DNA from: an uncultured archaeon
GTDB taxonomy: Archaea; Asgardarchaeota; Heimdallarchaeia; Heimdallarchaeales; Kariarchaeaceae
NCBI GenBank assembly: GCA_964645535.1
Contig: CAZYCQ010000001.1
Coordinates: 60,245 to 124,244, forward strand
Length of the DNA stretch: 64,000 nucleotides
Reading direction: 5' to 3'
The notes beneath the pieces were generated by a model that searched no databases, was not told the DNA's origin, and saw only the letters and a program-made list of their open reading frames with translations. Both the position numbers and the translations under genes were made by a program. How positions within the stretch are numbered: the first letter of the stretch is position 1; every line of letters begins with the position of its first letter. Below, one piece after another: positions 20,554-29,623 of the stretch.

Positions 20554-21219
20554 GTGGATCATTCATCGTTTATGGAACAAGTGCGAAATAAATTAGCGAA
20601 CAGAAAAGAGAGACTTGTCAATCGTAACAATTTGAATGATCCTAAGGAAGGAGCTGTTTTGTTTCCTCTCCTTTATGCACCAGATGAGGAAATCCATCTT
20701 CTTTTGGTGAAACGTTCAAACCAAATGAGAAATAACCCAGGAGACATGGCATTTCCAGGGGGTAAACTGGATCTAGGAGAGACACCAATTGAAGGAGCAT
20801 TAAGAGAAGCCGAAGAGGAAGTGGGAATTAAACCTAACCAAGTCAAAATACTGGGAACCATGGATGAATATGTTTCGAGGAATCATACCGTCGTGCGGGC
20901 AGTTGTTGGAGCAATTGAAGTCAATCCCTCAGGAAATTTAAGAGAATGGGCAGAGAGGGTTTTTGCCCCAAAAACAGAAGAAAATTTAGTGACGCTGGTG
21001 ATTCCACTCTCACACTTTCTGAATCCACAAGTCTATTCTTCTAAAAAATATATTGGATCGAATAATCGAGTGGGATATATTCGCTATTTTGATATTTCCG
21101 AATATCTCCCAACAGAAAAAGTTTGGGGACTTACCGCCACGATCATCAGAAGGTTTGCAGATTTATTTTTTGCACACCAGCTACCTGAAGAGCCTTTGAC
21201 TCAAGGAATCCAATCATAA
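20554..21219 (+). CDS. NUDIX hydrolase (CoA pyrophosphatase-like).
   Basis: NUDIX box GGKLDLGETPIEGALREAEEEVGI. Confidence 0.85.
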   Translation: MDHSSFMEQVRNKLANRKERLVNRNNLNDPKEGAVLFPLLYAPDEEIHLLLVKRSNQMRNNPGDMAFPGGKLDLGETPIEGALREAEEEVGIKPNQVKILGTMDEYVSRNHTVVRAVVGAIEVNPSGNLREWAERVFAPKTEENLVTLVIPLSHFLNPQVYSSKKYIGSNNRVGYIRYFDISEYLPTEKVWGLTATIIRRFADLFFAHQLPEEPLTQGIQS

Positions 21220-22250
21220 ATCAATTTTTCACCGGTTTGGATATATTGGAATTTGACATCTCTTATTTTAAGCAATAGCTGTTCCTGTTCTTGTTTTTCA
21301 GGGATAATTTCATTCAAGAGGGTTTTTCCGCTTATAATGGAGGCAATTCCTGCACTAGAGAGTGAATAGGAAGAATCTCCTTTTGCGATAGCATTTGGAT
21401 TTTCCTCACCAGTTAAAAGAAGACGATTGTAGTAATCTGGATGAGCTGAAAGAATACTGAACCCATGGTGAGGTCTGAAGGACTCTGGATCTTTAATGAC
21501 CGTATTGAATGCATCTATGGCGGCCTTATTGGGAAGGAAAATATTCCTTGAGATTACCCCCCGTAACATTGCCTGGATGGAATATGCCTCTTCAATAATC
21601 GAAAATGGGATCATCGTAATAAGTTCATTTATTGTACTTCCATGAATATCTCCCTCAAAAATAGGAGGTGCATTCATCAACTTTTCAAAATGATCCATGG
21701 GAAGAAGGATCATATTAATTTCCCTTACATTCGTAATGAATTTTCCCTTATCCAAACTGAATTCAGTGAAGAGTATGCCAGGCCCTGAGATCATGGCCAA
21801 TTGAACACCCAATTTGTCCTGAACGATTTCAATTTCATTGTTCAGCATGATAATTGTATCCTTTCGGATTTCAACAACCGGACGATTCAAATAGAAGCCC
21901 AAGGTTTTCTTTTCAAGAAGGGCAGACCAAGATGGAATAATCAGCAAGGAATTGAGGTTCTTCTTTTCAATTTCTCTTAGACGAGCCAATTTCAGTTCTT
22001 TGTCAATTCTTTTGATCTCTTCATCGATCGTGTTTATTATTTCATCTACGTTTGTAGCAAATTGCCTTTTGGGAAAGCCGAAATCACTCATGAATAAAAG
22101 CAGATCACGAATGGAGAATTCGCCAAGATCCATTTCATCGAACCGATCTGTGCTACTATAATAATATCGTAACAACTCTAGTAGCCTTTTTGTGCGAAGT
22201 GCATCTTGGTATGAATCTGTTTTCTCTATGTCTAACGGGATGACATCCAC
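21201..22250 (-). CDS. Hypothetical 349-aa protein with no recognisable motifs, immediately downstream of and co-directional with the SNARE-like gene.
   Basis: Long ORF in a non-overlapping frame. There is a 61-nt gap to the SNARE-like gene. Confidence 0.5.
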   Translation of the reverse strand: MDVIPLDIEKTDSYQDALRTKRLLELLRYYYSSTDRFDEMDLGEFSIRDLLLFMSDFGFPKRQFATNVDEIINTIDEEIKRIDKELKLARLREIEKKNLNSLLIIPSWSALLEKKTLGFYLNRPVVEIRKDTIIMLNNEIEIVQDKLGVQLAMISGPGILFTEFSLDKGKFITNVREINMILLPMDHFEKLMNAPPIFEGDIHGSTINELITMIPFSIIEEAYSIQAMLRGVISRNIFLPNKAAIDAFNTVIKDPESFRPHHGFSILSAHPDYYNRLLLTGEENPNAIAKGDSSYSLSSAGIASIISGKTLLNEIIPEKQEQEQLLLKIRDVKFQYIQTGEKLIYDWIP

Positions 22251-22311
22251 CTCCTATTTATTTTGGTTTCCTTCCTTTTATCATTACCCACAGGGATTAA
22301 TAGATTTGAAA

Positions 22312-23040
22312 TCACTTCACCATCCCACTAAGCATTACGGTGGAAATCGCAGTGATTGCAATCAAGATTATTACCCGATTTCCAGTAATTTTCCTACTTA
22401 CCTCCTTGATAAGCTTCTGCGCTTTATCCAATTTGCTATCAAGGACATCAACTTTTTCATCAATTCCCCTGATTATTACACCCTGTTCCTCCAATTGACC
22501 TGCCATGTTATCTAGAGAGTTTTTGATCAATCCTATTTGGGCAGTTAATTGGCTCATTGCCTCAGCAATATTGCTTTCCATCTGATTCATCCGTTCCTCC
22601 ACCTTTTTGATGGCTTCATCCTCTTTACCTCCAGCCTCAAGCTTTACTAGATTGAGATATGCATCACCTATTTCCTCATAATTTTGACGCGAGGTTCGCA
22701 ATGCAATATCTAATTTCGCAATTGAATCTTCAAGGGCAGCCAAGGTGGATTTGTTCCGTCGTATTTTTTTTAGTCTTTCCTCTTCCTGTTTGATTTCAGC
22801 CGGCTTGATAAACGAGGGCAGTGTCGATTTCAGCCTCCCAAATCCCCCGCGTTTTTCCTTGAGTGTTTCCGAATATGATTCATCGAATTCCTCAAATACT
22901 TCCTTCATTGACCCAACTATGTCCTTCAATTCCGTCAGTGTTTCTTCGATGAGATCATCAGTTGTATCCTTTCGGCTTAGCTTCTCCCCTATTTTTTTAA
23001 TAAGAGACTTTTTGCTCTTTTTCTTATGGGTAGCACTCAT
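22312..23040 (-). CDS. Syntaxin-like (Qa) SNARE protein, tail-anchored.
   Basis: The C-terminal segment ...DNMAGQLEEQGVIIRGIDEKVDVLDSKLDKAQKLIKEVSRK-ITGNR-VIILIAITAISTVMLSGMVK aligns by eye with the syntaxin-1 SNARE motif [58 protein letters not shown]. The QG zero layer, the heptad hydrophobic positions, the basic linker and the TM anchor all match with the same spacing. The N-terminal half is predicted coiled coil. Confidence 0.65.
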   Translation of the reverse strand: MSATHKKKSKKSLIKKIGEKLSRKDTTDDLIEETLTELKDIVGSMKEVFEEFDESYSETLKEKRGGFGRLKSTLPSFIKPAEIKQEEERLKKIRRNKSTLAALEDSIAKLDIALRTSRQNYEEIGDAYLNLVKLEAGGKEDEAIKKVEERMNQMESNIAEAMSQLTAQIGLIKNSLDNMAGQLEEQGVIIRGIDEKVDVLDSKLDKAQKLIKEVSRKITGNRVIILIAITAISTVMLSGMVK

Positions 23041-23109
23041 CTGATAGATTTAGGAAGGAACGATAATAAAACGTTCCTAATTTGAACCACGCTTTTTTCC
23101 ACACTTGCG

Positions 23110-25407
23110 ATGATATTTCACAAGTTATTACTTTGCTACATAGAGTTTTTAATCGTCTTTTGGGACACTTGTCTTGTGGAATTTCCACCATACCAAAATG
23201 ATTTTGCATTTAGCCTTCCACATGAAAGGTTTCTTGGAAGTTGTAAAGTCAATGAAATAAACTATGACCTTTTATTAATGGAGATTCCAGTCCTAATTCT
23301 TTTTTTGAGCTTTTTCCAATTCATTTCTTTGCCTTTCAGAATATTTACTGCAACAATTGTTTTTCTGCTCACAACACCTTTTGTATTTAGAAAGTGGCAT
23401 TTTGAGTTGACAAACAAACGTTTGGTTGTTCGTAGATGGTTTGCTGGACTTGAAAGATTTCTTTCTTGGATATCCATTAAACTTTCAATGATTGAAACAC
23501 TGGAAACATCTCCGAGAATTAAAGCTGGACCGCTCCTACTAGGATATTGGATTCTCACATCTTATGCCTTGCCACTGATAGAGTTTGGGTTAAGTGGAGA
23601 AATCCCTCTCCCATTTGCCGTCAAGCTTGCTTTTTTTCTTGGATTGTATTCATCGACTGTTGAAGGGTATGAGGAAGATTTTACACACATATTCATTGAA
23701 CCGATTTTTGAAACCTTTGCCGATGTTTCCTTGATGGCAGGGACAGTCATGCTGATCATTGGTTTGTTTCTTTTCTTGGCAGGATTGCCATATAGAAAGG
23801 AGTTCAGATTGATAACTATTTCTGGACATAGTTTTTCTGTCCGTACGGGTCTTCCAAATGACTTTTTATTTCTCTTGGATGGAATTATGCGGAAACATCA
23901 CATACAGGGAGAATTTGAAAATGAAGTTCACTTTCCGAAACTTATTGATGAAGAACTGAAAGCCAAAGGCAGATTGGGTCTAATAGATAGAAAGAATCAG
24001 TTGATTGGATTACTTTCCCTCATTATGTTTGTTAGAGGGTTCGCAAATCTCTTAAGCAGGTTACAAAATGCTGATCAAAGAGATGTCATTTTTCTTTTTC
24101 TGAATCTAATTGATTTTCTTCTCATTCTATTTTTAATTGTTTTTGCCAAAAGATTTCAGAAGATATGGGCAACAAACCACAGAATAATTTTTCAGGACGA
24201 ACGAAGAGGAATATCTGGCCTATGGGGAAGAAGGATTTTCACATATCGTGATCTACCGTTTTCACAAATCCAAGGGTTCAAGGTTTCCTATTACTCCGGA
24301 TTTTCGCCTTACTCATTATATTTTGGAGTGGGAATCCTCTTGGCAATTCAAGCGATTGCCACATCACTTGCGGTTAAATTACCTTCCAGCCCACATTTTT
24401 TGATCTATTCAGTTGGGGTTATTATTGCCGGTCTGTATCTTCTATTGAATTTCCGGACATTTGGTGAGTTGACCCTATTTTCATTGGGTGGAAGAGTACA
24501 TCGCTTAAGATTCAGAACTCCCTATATTGTATCCAAATTGTCACATAGACTCGAAGGAAAAGAAGGATTGGCCGAAAAATTCTTTCCAAATCTTTTGAGT
24601 GATGCGGAAATTCAGAAAATATGCAATGTAATTAGAGGATACAATGAACCAAAAAGACCTTTGACAAAAAGGGAACATTATCTTGATGCATTTAGTTTTA
24701 TAGGTAAAGATGAAAAAATACTTTTCAGCGTCGAGAAAATAAAACCCCATCCATTTTATTGGCTTTTTGCGATCGTATTCATTCTATCTGGTGTTACAGT
24801 GATTTATGTCTTCATGGTTCTTTTTGAGAAATTTGATTTTCCCAGTGTGGTTGCATCAGGAATTCTGATTGCATCAACTTTATTTCTTCTTGTTCGAACT
24901 GTTGCATTTGCCATCATTAAAAGAAAATCCCTTATTCTAACTGAAGACCGATTAATTGACCAATCTGAAACAAATCCAACCAAGTTGGCCAAATGGCTGG
25001 GATATTTGCCAATATGGGAACTTCGAGAAGTCAGAAATGACTTTGTAACTTCAATAAGACAGCAAATATTGTTTCATAGGTTCAGGCCTAAAGGTATCTT
25101 TTCCTTAGTGCTAATCTCCCTCTTTTCGGTCAAGATTGTTGTTCTCCTTGATTATCCATATTCTTCTTTTGACAGGAATCCTGTTTTTATTGTCCTGATG
25201 CTTTCACCATTTTTGTTGATTTCTTCCATCAACCATTTCCTGTTGGCACTTATGGAAACCATTCCCCGTTATGGACTCAAAATAGAAACACGAAAATTTA
25301 CATTATCATACTCTCATTTCCCAAAATCAAAGCAGTTCGAACAGATTTTTTATCAAGCAGTAAGGAATCGAAACACCTACAATCAAATGATTAGGGAGGG
25401 ACTATGA
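23110..25407 (+). CDS. Large polytopic membrane protein with bacterial-PH (bPH_2/YdbT-like) domains.
   Basis: Segments such as WHFELTNKRLVVRRWFAGLERFLSWISIKLSMIETLE and HRIIFQDERRGISGLWGRRIFTYRDLPFSQIQGFKV fit the bPH_2 pattern next to TM hairpins. The start is uncertain, possibly Met at 23278. Confidence 0.5.
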   Translation: MIFHKLLLCYIEFLIVFWDTCLVEFPPYQNDFAFSLPHERFLGSCKVNEINYDLLLMEIPVLILFLSFFQFISLPFRIFTATIVFLLTTPFVFRKWHFELTNKRLVVRRWFAGLERFLSWISIKLSMIETLETSPRIKAGPLLLGYWILTSYALPLIEFGLSGEIPLPFAVKLAFFLGLYSSTVEGYEEDFTHIFIEPIFETFADVSLMAGTVMLIIGLFLFLAGLPYRKEFRLITISGHSFSVRTGLPNDFLFLLDGIMRKHHIQGEFENEVHFPKLIDEELKAKGRLGLIDRKNQLIGLLSLIMFVRGFANLLSRLQNADQRDVIFLFLNLIDFLLILFLIVFAKRFQKIWATNHRIIFQDERRGISGLWGRRIFTYRDLPFSQIQGFKVSYYSGFSPYSLYFGVGILLAIQAIATSLAVKLPSSPHFLIYSVGVIIAGLYLLLNFRTFGELTLFSLGGRVHRLRFRTPYIVSKLSHRLEGKEGLAEKFFPNLLSDAEIQKICNVIRGYNEPKRPLTKREHYLDAFSFIGKDEKILFSVEKIKPHPFYWLFAIVFILSGVTVIYVFMVLFEKFDFPSVVASGILIASTLFLLVRTVAFAIIKRKSLILTEDRLIDQSETNPTKLAKWLGYLPIWELREVRNDFVTSIRQQILFHRFRPKGIFSLVLISLFSVKIVVLLDYPYSSFDRNPVFIVLMLSPFLLISSINHFLLALMETIPRYGLKIETRKFTLSYSHFPKSKQFEQIFYQAVRNRNTYNQMIREGL

Positions 25408-26360
25408 TCATGAATTGGGATGCCAAGCTAAAAGTGGTAATTTTTGGGAAATACGATCTCAAGAGTATTTTTGAAAAGCATAGAATTCCTGGAGAAAGGC
25501 TAATCGCAGAACAAGACATCCTATATTATTCTGAAATTCCCCTGTTCCTTGCTTTAATTATAGGGATTGTATCTCTTTTCCTCTCTTTGTTGCTGGATCC
25601 CATTTTTCTTGTTGGAATACCAATAATAATTCTAATTACGTATTTTTCCATTTCAATGGAGTTTGTGTTTCTCACCGACGAAAGGATTCTTATTGAGAGA
25701 AGGTATCTGCTGGATAAAATACTATCAACCCGGACAATAATAAACATTGCATTGGATCAGATCTCTATTGTAGAGTCAGGAAGAGCGCCTCCTAATTGGC
25801 CAGTTTCATTTGTCACTATGGGAACCCTCCTTTTATCTGTCTTTTCAGCCATGATTACTTCCAATGTTTTTACCAAGTTAATATGGGGATATGTAGGATT
25901 AATTTCAACATTCATCTTGATTTATTCGTTACGACTATTCAGACGAGCAGTTTCATTATTTGTTGTTGGAAGTAGACTTCCTATTGTAATTGGTGCAAGA
26001 AAAGGGATATCTGTGTATTGGGTGAAGAAACTTCATGAAACATTGTTTGAACGAATTCACCACGTAGAACATATTTATTCATCTCACAAGGAACTTGACA
26101 CCAAAATCAATGAATTCCCGTTGGAACTTCCCCAAAATCTCAAGAAAGTATTGGTCAATCTTTCACAAAATGTGGAAAAAGAGATATACAAACTACTTTA
26201 TTTCGAGCCCCGAACAAAGAAAGAATTGTACTCTGAATTAGAAGATTTCGACAATCATCTAATTGATAATGGCCTATCCCATCTCTCCAAGGAAGGGATG
26301 ATTGTATATGACCGGAGCAGAAGAGTCTGGACAATTACTGGAAAGGTCCCAAATTCATAG
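25404..26360 (+). CDS. Membrane protein with a bPH_2-like domain and a C-terminal winged-helix-like region. Its start overlaps the stop of the preceding gene (ATGA), suggesting translational coupling.
   Basis: LTDERILIERRYLLDKILSTRTIINIALDQISIVE fits the bPH pattern. The C-terminus is KKELYSELEDFDNHLIDNGLSHLSKEGMIVYD. Confidence 0.5.
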   Translation: MIMNWDAKLKVVIFGKYDLKSIFEKHRIPGERLIAEQDILYYSEIPLFLALIIGIVSLFLSLLLDPIFLVGIPIIILITYFSISMEFVFLTDERILIERRYLLDKILSTRTIINIALDQISIVESGRAPPNWPVSFVTMGTLLLSVFSAMITSNVFTKLIWGYVGLISTFILIYSLRLFRRAVSLFVVGSRLPIVIGARKGISVYWVKKLHETLFERIHHVEHIYSSHKELDTKINEFPLELPQNLKKVLVNLSQNVEKEIYKLLYFEPRTKKELYSELEDFDNHLIDNGLSHLSKEGMIVYDRSRRVWTITGKVPNS

Positions 26361-27408
26361 CCTTCCCAGAGGAGGAAGAGGATTGGAGGGCAGTCAAAAC
26401 CCTTTGGAGATTGTAGGCATCCACAAAATTCGGGTTCAAGGAGCGTCCCATTTTTATTGCTCCTGAAAAATCATAAAGAAGTTTCATAAATGGTCCGACG
26501 AGAGGATGGGCACCTTCTATTTTGGGGATGGAGAGACTTTGAGGGATTTCAAGGACATGGGGTTTTTCATCTTCACTTAATCGGGCTCCCCAAAGACGTC
26601 CTTGTTCATCAATCCCCAAATATCCTTCGTTCCCAAAAAACTCGATCCGGGTTCCCCTTCCAAATGGGGAAACTGAGCTGATTTGGACGATTCCGGTTGC
26701 ACCGTCCCCTATTTCGAAGATACCGGAAAATGAATCATCTGCGGTTACCCTTTTCATCTTGCCTGTTTTTTTATTCAATCGTCTTCCAACAAGGGTTGAT
26801 GGTTTCCCATAGACCCTATCTATTCGGTTGAATACCTGGATGAGCATATCGATATAATGTGCACCGACTGAGAAAAGAACCCCTCCTCCTTCGGATCGCT
26901 CACTCCACCAATTATATCCTTTGTCTCGGGGATTTAATCTACTTGGATTTCTTAAGATAATGGTGAAATCATGAACCTTTCCGATATATCCGGATTTCAA
27001 TAGCTCAACAAGATATGCACGGTTCGGAATATATCGAAATTCTAAGTTAACCATTCCCACACTCCCATGTTCCTCAATAGCCAAACGCATTCTTTCAGCG
27101 TCTTTAAGAGTTACACTGACAGGTTTTTCGCAAAGTATATGCTTGTTAGCTTCAACCGCTGCCAATACCATCTCCAAATGATGTTTGGGTGGAGTTACTA
27201 TGCTGACGACATCAATGTCAGGATTTTCCATTATTGATCTCCAATCAGTAGACCAATTTGGTGCCTTGAGTCGTTTCGCAATAGCCTTGGTTTTGGATGC
27301 GTCCTGACCAACGATAACGGCCGGTTCGAAATCCGGATGGTGATAAAAACCCGGATAGTGGACAAGGGAACCAAAACCAGTTCCGATTATTCCAACTTTT
27401 AAGCCCAT
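26335..27408 (-). CDS. Gfo/Idh/MocA family NAD(P)-dependent oxidoreductase.
   Basis: N-terminal Rossmann motif LKVGIIGTGFGSLVHYPGF and the conserved EKP motif LCEKPVSVT. Confidence 0.85.
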   Translation of the reverse strand: MGLKVGIIGTGFGSLVHYPGFYHHPDFEPAVIVGQDASKTKAIAKRLKAPNWSTDWRSIMENPDIDVVSIVTPPKHHLEMVLAAVEANKHILCEKPVSVTLKDAERMRLAIEEHGSVGMVNLEFRYIPNRAYLVELLKSGYIGKVHDFTIILRNPSRLNPRDKGYNWWSERSEGGGVLFSVGAHYIDMLIQVFNRIDRVYGKPSTLVGRRLNKKTGKMKRVTADDSFSGIFEIGDGATGIVQISSVSPFGRGTRIEFFGNEGYLGIDEQGRLWGARLSEDEKPHVLEIPQSLSIPKIEGAHPLVGPFMKLLYDFSGAIKMGRSLNPNFVDAYNLQRVLTALQSSSSSGKAMNLGPFQ

Positions 27409-27549
27409 CCTATCCCAAAGTGAGCTTTGAACTACTTAAACTATATGAACAAAATAAATTTATACGAGCACTTCTAGTATTAAACTTTTTGGCTTTTCAA
27501 AAAAATAGTAAGTCTAATACACTTTTATAGAAAAGCGTTCAACGATTTT

Positions 27550-28734
27550 GTGATGTTTGAGGGAGGAATCTTCTCAACCGATAGAAACCTGAATTTTGGA
27601 GGGACAGTCCATGGTTCAAATGAAACAGAGTCTAAAATCATGGATCAATACAGAATTGTTATTGTTGGATACACAAAATCGTTTTCGCAGAATCCAAAGT
27701 TGTTCAAGTTCAATGAATGGAAACCCAACATATTCAAGCAATTCAAGAAAATTCTTTTCATGGGGATTAAGAGGAGGAGAATTAAGACCTCAACCATACC
27801 GAAATCCAAGCGAATTAGAATTGAAGGCGGAACAATTGAAATCGATTCAACCATCAAGGCAGTGAGTTTAGAAATTCATAATTCGAAGATCATGGTCAAT
27901 AATCACATTAGATCAGCTAGCCTGAAACATCTCGAATTGGTTAATGTAGACATTGACTTTGAATTCCCGTTTTTCAATCTCTTCCCCAATGTCCATACAT
28001 TGCATCTTGACAACATACAAATCTCGAGGAATTCGGGATTAATAGATTTACCCTCTTTAAAATTCATAGAGATCGTAAATTTAGAATTACCATGGGATCT
28101 AAGTTTTCAGCATTTGCCATTGAAAAGATTGACCATGGTCAATTCCAAATCTCAAAAAATCCCTCCACTCCCAAGGAAAATCAAGACAGTCAGCATTGTG
28201 GATTGCAGGGGGTTGATCGTTTCCAAAACCCTCTTGGATAAAAAAATTGCATACCTTTTATCCAACAGGAATGTCATATATCCATCACACTTATTAAGAA
28301 TCTCACCAATTTTTGAATCAATCTGCTGGAGTTGGGTCGATTTACCCCAACTAATCAGATTTCTTGAGTTTCTTTCAGCGAACCTTCAACCTTCTACCAG
28401 AAATGGACAAAAAAAACAATTGATCAATTCCATTCATATGATCAGAAGGGATTTATTTCTGGTCAAGAACCGAAAACCAAGAAAGGACAGATATCCAAGT
28501 TTTGGGGAAATATTTATCCTGCAATCAAAAAATACTCCAGAAAGCCTTACTCTGTACCTATTCTATGATTATGATGAAGAAAGTCTTCCTGTTGTCATGA
28601 TCAAATTCAAGAATATAGAAATGATGGATTTGATCAATCTATTCTATAAGGCAGACTTTGTTGAAACAACAGAGCAGTGTTATTGGGAACGTGATTCTCA
28701 GGAGAAAACTCTTAAAGCACCATGTCATGAATAA
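27550..28734 (+). CDS. Hypothetical protein with a leucine-rich-repeat-like central region.
   Basis: Successive L..L.L.N...I repeats: LKHLELVNVDIDF, VHTLHLDNIQISRNSGL, LPSLKFIEIVNLELP, LPLKRLTMVNS and IKTVSIVDCRGL. The start may be the Met at about 27640. Confidence 0.45.
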   Translation: MMFEGGIFSTDRNLNFGGTVHGSNETESKIMDQYRIVIVGYTKSFSQNPKLFKFNEWKPNIFKQFKKILFMGIKRRRIKTSTIPKSKRIRIEGGTIEIDSTIKAVSLEIHNSKIMVNNHIRSASLKHLELVNVDIDFEFPFFNLFPNVHTLHLDNIQISRNSGLIDLPSLKFIEIVNLELPWDLSFQHLPLKRLTMVNSKSQKIPPLPRKIKTVSIVDCRGLIVSKTLLDKKIAYLLSNRNVIYPSHLLRISPIFESICWSWVDLPQLIRFLEFLSANLQPSTRNGQKKQLINSIHMIRRDLFLVKNRKPRKDRYPSFGEIFILQSKNTPESLTLYLFYDYDEESLPVVMIKFKNIEMMDLINLFYKADFVETTEQCYWERDSQEKTLKAPCHE

Positions 28735-28739
28735 CTTAA

Positions 28740-28840
28740 GGGCTTGTGGTGAAGTGGAATCACACTGGCCTTCGGAGCCAGCGTCCCGGGTTCGAACCAG
28801 ACTATCTTGCGGGATAGTTGCGGAAGTCCCGGCAAGCCCT
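28740..28840 (+). tRNA. tRNA-Arg (anticodon TCG) with a roughly 30-nt non-canonical intron in the T-arm.
   Basis: Acceptor stem GGGCTTG/CAAGCCC. D-stem GTGA/TCAC with loop AGTGGAA. Anticodon stem CTGGC/GCCAG with loop CTTCGGA. T-stem CCGGG (28786-90) pairs with CCCGG (28828-32). The T-loop TTCGAAC is followed by a 30-nt insert (28798-28827) carrying its own hairpin ACTATC..GATAGT. This region is GC-rich in an AT-rich genome. Confidence 0.7.
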
Positions 28841-28975
28841 CTTCCAAGTTTTCATGGATTTGAGTATGTATCCATAGAATTATTATTGCAAATCATGAAA
28901 GTAATTTGGCGATGACGAAAAAACCCCAGAAGGAGCCTTTTGGCGATGAATTCCACACGACAATTCCGAGCCATT

Positions 28976-29623
28976 TCAACTGATATACTTGATTGCCATA
29001 AGGGAAAGGACTTCTCCGGCATTCTTGATTTTGGCAATGATGGACTGTGCTCGTTTATGCATATTCTCCAATGCTGCAAATTGTTTCCAATCCTGCGATT
29101 TTTGGAAGTATTCAGCTTCCAGTTGCATTCCTTTTTCCATCACCTCATCTCGACTGTTTTCAATCTTTTCAACAAGGTCGATGGCATTGTCGAAACTTGA
29201 ATAGACCTCTTTTATTGCTTGGGAAAGTGATTCTGATGTTGATCGTATGGTTTCAGAAATGAATGCACCTCTTTCTGCAAAATCAGTGGGCAGGAATTTC
29301 CCATATTCTTTTACAGTCCTTGCTGTCCGTGCATATTCATCAAGGACATCATCAATCCGCCTCAAGAGTTTGGCACGGTCAAGAGCAAGATAAGGGACGG
29401 ACTGCTGTTTGGCGAAATGCTCATTCAAACGATCCCTTATTTTATCTCCCTCTTCCTCCACTTCAAGTACCCTATCGATTTTTTCCTGAACCGGCTCTGG
29501 TTGAAAAATAATTTCTCCGATGATTTGACCAGCAGTCTGAAGTAAGTCTGCGAGTTTAAAGAATTGTTCCTTTTCTTCTTTTTTGTTCATATGGCTATAC
29601 CTCCGAATTCGACAAGTTTCCAA
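28976..29623 (-). CDS. PhoU-like phosphate transport regulator (DUF47/TIGR00153 family) paired with the PiT transporter.
   Basis: Helical protein of 215 aa whose gene overlaps the PiT gene on the same strand, which is the typical pit-associated arrangement. Confidence 0.7.
   Translation of the reverse strand: METCRIRRYSHMNKKEEKEQFFKLADLLQTAGQIIGEIIFQPEPVQEKIDRVLEVEEEGDKIRDRLNEHFAKQQSVPYLALDRAKLLRRIDDVLDEYARTARTVKEYGKFLPTDFAERGAFISETIRSTSESLSQAIKEVYSSFDNAIDLVEKIENSRDEVMEKGMQLEAEYFQKSQDWKQFAALENMHKRAQSIIAKIKNAGEVLSLMAIKYIS

Noticed and set aside
28740-28840. Alternative minus-strand orientation of the tRNA.
   Set aside because: The acceptor stem pairs either way. Only the plus strand yields a D-arm (GTGA/TCAC), a 7-nt anticodon loop with T33, and a T-stem plus TTCGAAC loop. 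The minus-strand reading puts GGTTCGAACC in the middle of the molecule.
28658-28915. 85-aa ORF overlapping the tRNA.
   Set aside because: It lies across a structured RNA gene and is GC-rich only because of the tRNA. Spurious.
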